DNA of 64,000 nt from Candidatus Hydrogenedens sp. (lineage in GTDB: Bacteria; Hydrogenedentota; Hydrogenedentia; Hydrogenedentales; Hydrogenedentaceae): NCBI GenBank assembly GCA_049968235.1, contig JBMFRC010000012.1, positions 33,366-97,365 of the forward strand. Direction: 5' to 3'. A program made the translations under genes and the position numbers. How positions within the stretch are numbered: position 1 is the stretch's first letter; each line of letters opens with the position of its first letter. A model generated the notes under the pieces. It saw nothing but the letters and a program-made list of their open reading frames with translations. It ran no database searches and was not told the DNA's origin. Below, in pieces: positions 40,993 to 50,712 of the stretch.

Positions 40993-41760
40993 GTGTCAAA
41001 AGAAGTTATTCTTAAAGTAGAGTCACTGCAGGTACAATACGGAGATAGAGTAATCTTAAAAGATGTATCCTTTGAAGTCTACTCAGGAGAAATATTTTTA
41101 ATCGTAGGGGGTAGTGGTTGCGGGAAAACAACATTACTAAAAGCAATATGTGGCTTACTGAAACCAACAAATGGTAATGTCTATATCCAGGGACAAAATA
41201 TAACTTTGCTGGACGAAGAAGAATTACAAAAAATACAGCAGAATATTGGTATCGCCTTTCAATCAAGTGGTTTAATTAATTCTATTACTATAGGTGATAA
41301 TGTAGCATTACCGCTTAGAGAATATGGTATGGTTGACCCACATATTCTTAATGAAGTAGTCCGCATTAAGTTAAGTTTAGTTGGATTGGCAGGAATTGAA
41401 GATAGGATGCCCGAAGAATTATCAGGTGGAATGAAAAAACGAGCAGGATTAGCACGTGCATTAGCATTAGACCCCCCCTTGGTGTTTTTCGATGAACCTT
41501 CGGCAGGTTTAGACCCTATTATTGCCTGCGAATTAGATGAATTGATTATAAATTTAAGAAATCTTTTAGGAATAACCTTTATTATTGTAAGTCATGAACT
41601 TGAGTCCATTAAGAAAATTGCTGATCGTATTCTAATGCTTGATGAAGGACATGCAATTTTTTGTGGTACTATGGAAGAAGTAAAATATACTTCTATACCA
41701 AAAGTTAAACAGTTTTTTGAAAGAAAACCTAATGAACAAAAATATGTATTTATACACTAA
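40993..41760 (+). CDS. mlaF: ABC transporter ATP-binding protein MlaF-like
   Basis: Walker A GGSGCGKTT, signature LSGGMKKRAGLARAL and Walker B LVFFDEP. Confidence 0.85.
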   Translation: MSKEVILKVESLQVQYGDRVILKDVSFEVYSGEIFLIVGGSGCGKTTLLKAICGLLKPTNGNVYIQGQNITLLDEEELQKIQQNIGIAFQSSGLINSITIGDNVALPLREYGMVDPHILNEVVRIKLSLVGLAGIEDRMPEELSGGMKKRAGLARALALDPPLVFFDEPSAGLDPIIACELDELIINLRNLLGITFIIVSHELESIKKIADRILMLDEGHAIFCGTMEEVKYTSIPKVKQFFERKPNEQKYVFIH

Positions 41761-41795
41761 TTATTATTCATATAAAAAATCACAAGGATAAAACA

Positions 41796-42785
41796 GTGGC
41801 TACCCGTAAACAAAAATTTCAGGTATTTATATTTCTCTTTGTTTGTTTGTTAATAACTCTTATGATTATTTATTTCGTCTCAGGTATGTACAGTAATTAT
41901 GGCATTCAATACTGGATTGAATTTGACGAGTCGGTATTAGGGGTGTATGAGGGTGGAGTTGTTGAATATTTAGGTGTGCCTGTCGGTAAAGTGGAAGAAA
42001 TTAGAGTAAGTTCTGAAGGCAAACCAATTGTTGTAGTTAACATAGACAGCAAAAAAGTAACGCTTCATGAGGGAGTTGAAGCCAATATCGTGATTTATAG
42101 TCTTGCAGCAGGAACAATGGCAATTTCACTCAGTGGAGGAAATCCTCAATCCCCAATCCTTCCGCCGGGGAGCAAAATACCTGCACGCCGTTCTACAATT
42201 TCAGCAGTGAGTTCGAGAATTGAAGAACTTATGGATGACATGAAAAATATATTGTCACCATTAAAAACAGGCCTTGAAGGGATAAAATCAGGGGATATAA
42301 CAGAGATAGCAAAAAAGGTAGATAAAGTATTAGAAAAAGGAGAAACTCTTTTAGATGATTTACAAAAGACAGTGAAAAATATTAATGCAACGATAGAAAA
42401 AATAGAACCCCAAATAAGTCAAACGATGAATAGCGGAGAACAGACTGTCCATAAAATCAAACAACTTTCTGAAAAGGCAGATAAACTTGTTACCGTTATT
42501 ACAGAAAAAACGGAACAATTAGATATCCAAAAGATGCAGAATAATCTGAACTCAACAATTGAGAGAATAAAAAATCTTTCCGATAATGTCGATGGATTAG
42601 TCTCTGAATTAAAGGATATTACAAATACAGCCTCTTATAAGGCAGATAACATAGAATTTTCTTTCCAAAAAACCTTGCAGGAGATTAACTATACATTAGA
42701 ATCGCTTAGAAATTTACTCGAATCAATTCGCAAAAATCCTTCTTCTCTCGTTAGAGGTAAGGTAGTAGATAAGGAGGGAAAATAA
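41796..42785 (+). CDS. mlaD: MCE-domain protein (MlaD-like) with long C-terminal coiled coil
   Basis: N-terminal TM, then an MCE domain (GVYEGGVVEYLGVPVGKV), then about 180 aa of heptad-like coiled coil. Confidence 0.75.
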   Translation: MATRKQKFQVFIFLFVCLLITLMIIYFVSGMYSNYGIQYWIEFDESVLGVYEGGVVEYLGVPVGKVEEIRVSSEGKPIVVVNIDSKKVTLHEGVEANIVIYSLAAGTMAISLSGGNPQSPILPPGSKIPARRSTISAVSSRIEELMDDMKNILSPLKTGLEGIKSGDITEIAKKVDKVLEKGETLLDDLQKTVKNINATIEKIEPQISQTMNSGEQTVHKIKQLSEKADKLVTVITEKTEQLDIQKMQNNLNSTIERIKNLSDNVDGLVSELKDITNTASYKADNIEFSFQKTLQEINYTLESLRNLLESIRKNPSSLVRGKVVDKEGK

Positions 42786-42787
42786 TC

Positions 42788-43393
42788 ATGAAAAAGAAAA
42801 TACCTTATAATTTTATTTTAGTGACCCTTTTTTCTATAGGGTTTAGTGGATGTTTAACACCCGTAAAAACAGAATATTCTATTAAATATTATATCAATCC
42901 TAATATAGGTGAAATGAAAGGGGAGTATACAGGGCTAATTCTTGCAATTCGAGGATTAGGATATACAAGGTCGATTACAAATTATGTGACATTTTTAGAA
43001 CAAGGAAAATTATATTATAGAGAAGGATTGGAATGGGCAGAACACCCTGTTGAAGTTATTGAAAGACTTTTAATTAAAACTATCGAAAAAACAGGTAGAT
43101 TTCAAGATGTATCCAACAGTATAGAAATTAAAAATCCAGACCTAATTTTAACAGGAGAGATAGAACAGTTTTACTGTGTGAGAGAAAATAATTCAGAAAA
43201 AGTTCTTGTATCCTTAAATATAAGAATAAGGGATAGAAAAACAAATAAGATTGCATTTAGCAAAGAATTTGTAGTCGAAAGACTATTTGATAGCAAAAAT
43301 GAGTATATTAATGATGCAATAAACAATGCTCTTGCGGAATTGTCCCAAAAGATACAGGAAGAAATTAATAAGGCAGAATTTGAAAGAATATAA
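42788..43393 (+). CDS. ABC-transport auxiliary lipoprotein (PF03886-like)
   Basis: Lipobox FSGC, about 200 aa, immediately downstream of the MCE gene as is typical. Confidence 0.5.
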   Translation: MKKKIPYNFILVTLFSIGFSGCLTPVKTEYSIKYYINPNIGEMKGEYTGLILAIRGLGYTRSITNYVTFLEQGKLYYREGLEWAEHPVEVIERLLIKTIEKTGRFQDVSNSIEIKNPDLILTGEIEQFYCVRENNSEKVLVSLNIRIRDRKTNKIAFSKEFVVERLFDSKNEYINDAINNALAELSQKIQEEINKAEFERI

Positions 43394-43449
43394 TCGGATA
43401 ATTATTTGTTTAATTATAAAAGTTAATAATTGTTTGAGAAAGAATAGTA

Positions 43450-44760
43450 ATGTTATTTGTTTATAATTTTATATATATTATTAGTGAAATGGCTCCTTAC
43501 CTGCTATTTGGATTTTTAGTAGCCGGCGTTCTGTCTCAAATTATCCCAACTTCATGGGTCCAACAACATCTGGCAGGTAGAGGATATTCACCTATAATAA
43601 AAAGTGCAATGATAGGAATCCCTTTACCACTCTGTTCCTGTGGAGTAATCCCTGTAATGGCTTCATTACGAAAGCAAGGTGCTAATATTCCCGCAATGCT
43701 ATCCTTTATCTTATCCACACCCCAGACAGGTGTGGATTCCATACTGGCTACCTATGCTTTATTAGGTTTACCTATGGCGATATACCGACCCTTTATAGCA
43801 TTAATAACAGCCCTTTTAGGTGGTTCTATTTACTACTGGACAAGCAAAAAAGAAATAGAACAAGAAACAGAAAAATTAGAGATGGAAAAAGAAACAATCC
43901 GTAAAGATACATATATAAAATACAAAGCCAATATAATTCATATCCTATCTGAAAGTATCCATTATGGCTTTATCACCTTACCCCATGAAATTTCTCGGAC
44001 GCTTCTCTTTGGTATTTTTATAGCAGGTATAATAACTACCTTTATTCCACCCGGCATTATTACTAATTTTTTGAATATTGGAGTATTGCAAATATTTATA
44101 GCAATATTAGTAGGTATTCCTATTTATGTTTGTGCAACAGCATCCATTCCAGTTGCACTTAGTCTCATTTATTTAGGGGCTTCTCCCGGTTCGGCACTTG
44201 CTTTTCTTATCGCAGGACCTGCAACAAATATTGCAACCATCTCCGTAGTTAAACAGTTTTTAGGTAATAAAGCAGTAGTAATATATATACTTACTATGGT
44301 TTTTTCTGCCCTATTTTTTGGTATTACATTTGATTATTTAGTTGATTTATTCCCATTTTTTAATATTTCACATATACAACATATTCAACATTCGAGTGAA
44401 ATATTTCATCATCCATTAAAAATATCATCATTGATATTGTTTGTTCTTATACTCATATTAAGTCTTCTCAACATAGACCCATGGGTCTATATAAAAAAAG
44501 CAACAAAGGAAAATTCACAGACAAACGGTTATATAAAAGTAAAAATCAACGGAATGACATGTAACCATTGTGTTCAAAGAATTTCTACATTAATAAAAAA
44601 TATTTCTAATGTTGTGGATATAAATATATCTCTTGAGGATAAAACAGCAATTATTTATGGAAATCCATCATTAGAAGAGGTTAATCGCGTTCTTAATCTA
44701 GAAGGGTATTCCGCCGAAATAGATGAAAATAAAATAGCATGTGATTGCAATTGCCACTAA
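43450..44760 (+). CDS. DUF318/COG0701 permease fused to C-terminal heavy-metal-associated (HMA) domain; putative Cu/Zn efflux transporter
   Basis: Multiple TM helices with LPLCSCGVIP, a C-terminal HMA fold containing GMTCNHC, and a terminal CDCNCH. Confidence 0.6.
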   Translation: MLFVYNFIYIISEMAPYLLFGFLVAGVLSQIIPTSWVQQHLAGRGYSPIIKSAMIGIPLPLCSCGVIPVMASLRKQGANIPAMLSFILSTPQTGVDSILATYALLGLPMAIYRPFIALITALLGGSIYYWTSKKEIEQETEKLEMEKETIRKDTYIKYKANIIHILSESIHYGFITLPHEISRTLLFGIFIAGIITTFIPPGIITNFLNIGVLQIFIAILVGIPIYVCATASIPVALSLIYLGASPGSALAFLIAGPATNIATISVVKQFLGNKAVVIYILTMVFSALFFGITFDYLVDLFPFFNISHIQHIQHSSEIFHHPLKISSLILFVLILILSLLNIDPWVYIKKATKENSQTNGYIKVKINGMTCNHCVQRISTLIKNISNVVDINISLEDKTAIIYGNPSLEEVNRVLNLEGYSAEIDENKIACDCNCH

Positions 44761-44771
44761 ATATAAAATTC

Positions 44772-46244
44772 TTATTTCACTTCTAAGATATTCGGAGGAA
44801 GTTCCTGCAATATAGATTTAACGCCACTTTGAAAACTATTGTTTATAGTTTCTTTAATAAGAATATTTGAAATTTCATTATTTATCTGATTTAATGAATT
44901 TAATAAATCAAAATTAGGGTACTTTCCGGAAAAATTCTTTGCACTCTCCAGTAATTGCCCTTTCAGTTCTTGAATTCTTGCATTAACAATACGAATTCCC
45001 TTATTTTTTTGCTGATTTTCTAAAGGAAATTCATCAGATACTTCATCATAAGTAGCTAAAGCTTGCCTTAGAAGAACGATAGATTCAGCAATTCTTCCAG
45101 TTAATGCCTCTTGTTCTGCTGTGCTTTGTAGTTTTTCTGCTCTTTCCAGTGCATCTTTTGTTTGTGCTAATCGTGCATCTCGTTCTTTTATACTATGTTC
45201 TGCTTCCAGTCGTAGTCTTTCTGCTTCAGGATGTAATGGGTCTGCAGAAATAGCATTATTAAATAATTCTAAAGCCTCTTCTAATTTTTTGGTTTCCAAC
45301 GCTTTATTCCCCCGCTCCACATAGAAATCCGCTATTTTCCTTGAAATATCTTTCCGATTTGGATTTAAAGCCAGAGCATTTTTGTATAGTTCAATAGCAA
45401 GTTCATTAATATCCATTCCAATAAGAACATCCGCTATCTGGATATACATATCTTCTGTAAAAGGCACTAAATCATTCAATTTTTGCATATTTGCTTTTAT
45501 CTCTTCCTCATTTCCCCTTTTAGCATAAAACAGTCCACCCTGTAAGGCATAATCCCTGAGGGTTACCTCACTTACATTACTTACTACCTGCCCCGGAATT
45601 AATATAGTAAACCATACATCCGCTACAGCATTTAATGATATACTAACGCATTCAGAAAGGGTAGTAGATGCTGTTCCCTTAAATCCAATATTGGATTTAT
45701 ATTCCTGTTCAAATATCTTATCTCTTGATAGAATTTGCCGTTTAAGCTGGGAAAAATATACAGGAGGGTTTACTTTTTGTCGGGCAGTTGTACGTAATGA
45801 AACATTTTCTATCATTTTTTCGACATCAGAATTGTAAAGGATTCTAATGGTTGGGTCTGCATCTTGTAGAGGAGATGTAGCCTGTACTATCAGTTTCCCC
45901 AAAACACCAAGGCGGAATGCATAATAGGGGTCAATTCTTTTCGGTTTAACTGCAATTAATAAATTCATTTCTGATTCAATGGCTTGAATAAGGTTTGTTT
46001 TTGCAGTTGGGACAATCATATAAAAAGTCTCATCTGTAATAGCCGCTCCATTTTTTATTTCATTTTCCAATTTTTTTAACGACGCATTTAACTCTTTATC
46101 AATTAAATGTATTGCATTACTGACTATTGATATTTGAGAAGTGGGACCCCATGAATAACATGTAAAAGAAATAAGAAAGAAAATAAAGAAAAAATTATAT
46201 TTTATTTTTTTCATAATTCTACAATCCTTATTGTGTTGTAGCAT
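44772..46244 (-). CDS. Secreted TPR/coiled-coil protein
   Basis: Signal peptide and TPR-like repeats. It is the last gene of a three-gene minus-strand unit. Confidence 0.35.
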   Translation of the reverse strand: MLQHNKDCRIMKKIKYNFFFIFFLISFTCYSWGPTSQISIVSNAIHLIDKELNASLKKLENEIKNGAAITDETFYMIVPTAKTNLIQAIESEMNLLIAVKPKRIDPYYAFRLGVLGKLIVQATSPLQDADPTIRILYNSDVEKMIENVSLRTTARQKVNPPVYFSQLKRQILSRDKIFEQEYKSNIGFKGTASTTLSECVSISLNAVADVWFTILIPGQVVSNVSEVTLRDYALQGGLFYAKRGNEEEIKANMQKLNDLVPFTEDMYIQIADVLIGMDINELAIELYKNALALNPNRKDISRKIADFYVERGNKALETKKLEEALELFNNAISADPLHPEAERLRLEAEHSIKERDARLAQTKDALERAEKLQSTAEQEALTGRIAESIVLLRQALATYDEVSDEFPLENQQKNKGIRIVNARIQELKGQLLESAKNFSGKYPNFDLLNSLNQINNEISNILIKETINNSFQSGVKSILQELPPNILEVK

Positions 46245-47766
46245 TTGTTTGAGATGGAGTGGGATTATTTACAAGGGTTTGTTCTATTTGTTCAATTAAA
46301 ACTTCGATTTCTGCAGTTGAATAATTGGGAACTGTATTTTTAACAATCTGAATATATGTCTTTAAGTGTTTTAATCCTTCTGAAAGAACACCCTTTTGGA
46401 TATAAAGCAAACCATTTTCTAAATAAGCCGGTGCATAGTTGGGGTCTTTTTGAATTGCATTCGCAAAACATTGTTGAGCAAAGGTGGAGTCGTTATTTAC
46501 CAATGCAATTCTACCCTCAATAAGATAACACCGGGGAGTTTGTTGTCCCTTATTCTTTATACTTTGTATCAATTCAGTCGCTTTACTTATATTATCCTGC
46601 TGGAAATATATTAACGCCAGGTCTAAAGAGGCATCATTGGAATAATTTCCTTCCGAATTTTTTATTTTTTCTAATTCTATAATAGCTTCCGTTGTAAGTC
46701 CTGAATTAAGCAATGTTAAAGCATATAAATAATTGAGTACGGATGGAAGTTTTTCCCTATTTTTTAATGACTGTAATATTTGTAAGGTTTTATTGTTATC
46801 ACCCGATTTTAATACCTGACACGCAAGAAGAGCCTTTTCCGTATCACTTAATTCCTGAATATTTTTTTCAATTGTTACAAGATATTCTTGTCTATTCTGT
46901 TCATTTTTCATTTTTTCAGATAAAATCAAAAGAAGTAATGCAGTTCTGGGAGATATGTCCTTATCCCTGATTAAATTTAATACTTCACTATAGTTACCTT
47001 GAGAAAGTAATAAAGCAATAATACCACTTTTGTTTATTTCTGAACCAGCGGATAACGAAAATAATTGTTCAAAATTAGTGATATTTGAGATATTTCCTTC
47101 TCCGAGAAGATTTAGAAGTTTTAAATCATTTCTTTCCGGATATTTCTCAATTAATTTTTTTATATATTTTAATTGTTGTTCCTTATCATTCTTCTTTGTT
47201 GAAGCAAGCAAAGCGAGCCAGATAACATCATTGTCTTTATCATTTATAGTTATAACCTTATCAAATTCTGTCAATGCCTCATCTATTTGATTGTTATTCA
47301 GATAAAGTTTTCCTAAAACCAGATGTGCACGAAGACTTTGAGGATTTTTAGCAATGTATTTCTGCAAAATATCAATAGCACCTAATACATTTGTTTGACT
47401 GAGGTTTATCGCACTTGCGATAGGGTCGTAAGTAATGTAGATAATCCCAAAACCTACGATTAGTAATAAAAAAATAACAACAAGTCCATATAAGAAATAT
47501 TTTTTGTTGATAGATGGTAAGATATTCTTTTTATCCTTAGGCGGTTCTGCTAATATTTTTGTTCCTGTAAGAAGGTTTGTCCCGCAGTAGATACAAATTA
47601 TATCTGTTTTATTAACGGGTGATTTACAATTGGGGCAGATACCCTGCAACTTAGGTTCGGTATTGGTTTGAATAGGTATTGTAGATGCTTTGATAGGTGC
47701 TCCACAGTGGGGGCATTGTGTTGTGTTTTCATTTATTGGTTTTTCGCAAAACGGACATTGGGACAT
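46228..47766 (-). CDS. Double zinc-ribbon / single-TM / TPR-repeat membrane protein
   Basis: N-terminal CPFCEKPI...CPHCGAPI and CPNCKSP...CIYCG, a TM helix, then long TPR repeats. Confidence 0.4.
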   Translation of the reverse strand: MSQCPFCEKPINENTTQCPHCGAPIKASTIPIQTNTEPKLQGICPNCKSPVNKTDIICIYCGTNLLTGTKILAEPPKDKKNILPSINKKYFLYGLVVIFLLLIVGFGIIYITYDPIASAINLSQTNVLGAIDILQKYIAKNPQSLRAHLVLGKLYLNNNQIDEALTEFDKVITINDKDNDVIWLALLASTKKNDKEQQLKYIKKLIEKYPERNDLKLLNLLGEGNISNITNFEQLFSLSAGSEINKSGIIALLLSQGNYSEVLNLIRDKDISPRTALLLLILSEKMKNEQNRQEYLVTIEKNIQELSDTEKALLACQVLKSGDNNKTLQILQSLKNREKLPSVLNYLYALTLLNSGLTTEAIIELEKIKNSEGNYSNDASLDLALIYFQQDNISKATELIQSIKNKGQQTPRCYLIEGRIALVNNDSTFAQQCFANAIQKDPNYAPAYLENGLLYIQKGVLSEGLKHLKTYIQIVKNTVPNYSTAEIEVLIEQIEQTLVNNPTPSQTNATTQ

Positions 47767-47769
47767 AAG

Positions 47770-47982
47770 TTATTCCTTTAAATCTTTGTGAGAATGTTCT
47801 GTTTGATGAAGCATAGAAGTATAATCTTGTTCAATCCTTTTATCACAGTGTTTACAATATGTCCTGCTAATAACATTACGCTTTCCACAAAACTTGCACT
47901 TAGGGAAGAAAAGAGAAGGTACAGTTATAAAGGTAATGAATAAAGTAATGCTAACCATTATAAACAAGTAACCTAAACGCAT
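47770..47982 (-). CDS. Small TM protein with C-terminal zinc ribbon
   Basis: TM helix followed by CKFCGKRNV...CKHCDKRI. 70 aa. Confidence 0.3.
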   Translation of the reverse strand: MRLGYLFIMVSITLFITFITVPSLFFPKCKFCGKRNVISRTYCKHCDKRIEQDYTSMLHQTEHSHKDLKE

Positions 47983-48064
47983 TTCTACATTTATTCTCCT
48001 TTTATATTCTATAAAATCTCTTTACAGAATTATAACTCTATATGTATATATCAAATATAAATAT

Positions 48065-48844
48065 TCAGGGAATTATTTCCTCAACAGAATTAACAATTCG
48101 TGTTGGGAGATATGGATATTTCTCTACATCTTCGATTTTTGTTACCCCTGTAAGAACAAGTATTGTCTCTACACCTGTTTGAATACCAGCAACAATATCC
48201 GTATCCATGCGGTCTCCGATAATTACTGTATTTTCTGAATGCACCCCCAGGTAATTCATAGCACTTCTCATCATAAATGGATTGGGTTTACCTATGTAAA
48301 AAGGCGCCCTACCCGATGCTTTTTCTATAAGTGCGGCCATAGCCCCACAAGCAGGAACAATCCCCGATTCCGTCGGACCTAAAGGGTCGGGATTGGTCGC
48401 TATAAACTTTGCTCCATTGCGTATCAATCGGACAGCCCATGTAATTTGGTCAAAATTAAAGTTGGAGGATTCACCCAGAATTACATAATCGGGATTATAT
48501 TCCGTAATAACATATCCTGCCTGGTGTATCGCAGTAGTAAGTCCACTTTCACCCAATACATAAGCAGTTCCATTGGGTTTCTGCATTTTTAAAAACATAC
48601 CTACCGCCATAGCGGATGTAAAAATGTTGGTAGAAGGTATTTCAAGTTTATGAACTTTTAACCGGTGAGATAAGTCCTCAGGTGTAAATTTAGGATTGTT
48701 TGTGAGAACCAAAAATTTACATTTATTTTCAATTAATCGTTCTATAAATTGATTGGCACCTGGTATAATTGTATTTCCCTTTACTAAAACACCATCCATA
48801 TCAATAAGATAGTTTTTTGTAACTTTATTTGTGATATTACTCAT
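48065..48844 (-). CDS. HAD-IIA family sugar-phosphatase-like hydrolase (NagD-like)
   Basis: Motif I LIDMDGVL, motif II LTNN, and a motif III/IV GDRMDTD-like region. Confidence 0.7.
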   Translation of the reverse strand: MSNITNKVTKNYLIDMDGVLVKGNTIIPGANQFIERLIENKCKFLVLTNNPKFTPEDLSHRLKVHKLEIPSTNIFTSAMAVGMFLKMQKPNGTAYVLGESGLTTAIHQAGYVITEYNPDYVILGESSNFNFDQITWAVRLIRNGAKFIATNPDPLGPTESGIVPACGAMAALIEKASGRAPFYIGKPNPFMMRSAMNYLGVHSENTVIIGDRMDTDIVAGIQTGVETILVLTGVTKIEDVEKYPYLPTRIVNSVEEIIP

Positions 48845-48958
48845 TTATGAACTCCAGTTATATTTTAATAAGACATTTGATATAATCAATAAAAAAAGAT
48901 GATGATATATTACCAAATTTTCACTATAACACCAAAAGTTTTTGTGGGAGATAGAAAA

Positions 48959-49396
48959 ATGAAAGTAATAAATATATCAGCTTTGATAAGTATAGGAATA
49001 ATCCTACTTTTATGCTGTTCTGCTTGTAGAACTATCGCAGGACAACCCTCTATAAAAACTGCTGAGATTATCCCAGTGGAAATATCTCCTGGAGAGAATG
49101 CAATCATACAGACAGTTATAAAAGATAAGCATCATTTAATACAAAAAGTAGAAGCAGTAATAAAAGAAGACCCCAGAATAAAACTTAAACTTAGAGATGA
49201 TGGCGTTGAACCAGATAAAAAAGCAAATGATGGAATATGGGTTTTGAAAGTAGATGTTCCTCAAGAAGCACCGTTAGGAAATTATAAATTAGAAATTATG
49301 ACCTATACGAAAGATGGTTCACCAGTTAAAATAAAAAATAAAAATGGAGAAGTAGTAAATTTAGCGACAGAAATACCTGTAATCATAAAAAAATGA
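48959..49396 (+). CDS. Hypothetical lipoprotein
   Basis: MKVINISALISIGIILLLCCSAC lipobox. The ORF-track start at 48899 lacks a signal peptide, so I chose this one. Confidence 0.35.
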   Translation: MKVINISALISIGIILLLCCSACRTIAGQPSIKTAEIIPVEISPGENAIIQTVIKDKHHLIQKVEAVIKEDPRIKLKLRDDGVEPDKKANDGIWVLKVDVPQEAPLGNYKLEIMTYTKDGSPVKIKNKNGEVVNLATEIPVIIKK

Positions 49397-49414
49397 AGAA
49401 TATAAACATATCGG

Positions 49415-50704
49415 ATGTATATTAGTCTTATTATATACTTTTGTGTATTTGCTCAAAATGCAGGGAATACTACTTGTTGCCCAAACATATTAATCATATC
49501 TGTAGATACCCTTAGGGCAAACCACTTATCTTGTTATGGTTATGAATATCTCACTTCACCCAATATAGACAAACTTGCCCAGGAAGGAGTTGTATTCGAT
49601 AATTGCATTACTGAAGTTCCTCTTACATGTCCTTCTTTTTCTGCAATGTTTACCTCTAAATTCCCCAGAACAATCGGTGTAACAAGGAATGGATTAGGCA
49701 TTTCAAAGGGTGAAATAACCATCACAGAACTATTTAAAGAAAAAGGGTATTTCACTTTTTGTGTGCAGAGTAATTGGACATTAAAAGCAAAGTTAAGCGG
49801 ATTAAATAAAGGTTTTGATGTTTATGATGATGATTTCCATGTAAAAAGGTGGGGAATTTTTTCACCGGAACGAATCGCTGACGAAGTAACTCGGAAATCT
49901 ATTGATATTCTAAACAAACTTCCTGAAAATAAACCCTTTTTCGGTTGGGTCCATTATAGTGACCCTCATGCTCCGTATCATTTCCATAAGGAGTATAATG
50001 TCCACCGTGAGAAAAAGGAAAAAATAAGTGATAAGAAATATAATAAAGTAAAATCTTATGATTCAGAAATAAGGTTTACAGATGAACAAATCGGCGTTTT
50101 ACTTAAACACATTCCTGAAAATACAACAATTGTCTTTGTTGCAGACCATGGTGAAAGTTTATACGAACATAATTATCTGGGACATGGGAGAAAACTGTAT
50201 CAGAACGAAGTAAGAATACCTTTTATAATCGTTTCTTCGAAGATTAAAGCAAGACGGACAGATATACCTGTAAGAGGAATTGATATAGGTCCTACAATTT
50301 TAGGTATAGCAGGTATACACAAAACTAAAAGTATGTTAGGAAAGGATGTGCTTAATGAAAATATAAATAAAGAAAGAGTTAGGGTAATTGAGACTTATGG
50401 TGGTGCAGTTCCCAAGATACCTATTTTAAGGTCTTTAATGAAAAAATCCGGTCCAATTATGCAATCGGTTATAGTTGAAAATTGGAAGTTAATCGTAAAA
50501 AATGACAGAAAAGAACTCTATAATATTGCAGAAGACCCCGAAGAACTCAACAATATAGGGAAAAAATATCCAGAAAAAGTTTTGGAACTTCAAAAAGTAA
50601 TTAAAAAATGGACAGAAAACACACCTATAAATACAAGAAAAGATGAACAAAAGTTATCAGAGGAAGATTTAGAAGTTCTTCGTTCTATGGGTTATTTACA
50701 ATAA
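49415..50704 (+). CDS. Alkaline-phosphatase-superfamily sulfatase/NPP-like metalloenzyme
   Basis: PNILIISVDTLRANHL is the N-terminal metal-site block. The TCPSFSAMFTS nucleophile region does not match the canonical sulfatase C-x-P-x-R. Confidence 0.55.
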   Translation: MYISLIIYFCVFAQNAGNTTCCPNILIISVDTLRANHLSCYGYEYLTSPNIDKLAQEGVVFDNCITEVPLTCPSFSAMFTSKFPRTIGVTRNGLGISKGEITITELFKEKGYFTFCVQSNWTLKAKLSGLNKGFDVYDDDFHVKRWGIFSPERIADEVTRKSIDILNKLPENKPFFGWVHYSDPHAPYHFHKEYNVHREKKEKISDKKYNKVKSYDSEIRFTDEQIGVLLKHIPENTTIVFVADHGESLYEHNYLGHGRKLYQNEVRIPFIIVSSKIKARRTDIPVRGIDIGPTILGIAGIHKTKSMLGKDVLNENINKERVRVIETYGGAVPKIPILRSLMKKSGPIMQSVIVENWKLIVKNDRKELYNIAEDPEELNNIGKKYPEKVLELQKVIKKWTENTPINTRKDEQKLSEEDLEVLRSMGYLQ

Positions 50705-50712
50705 AAGACTCT

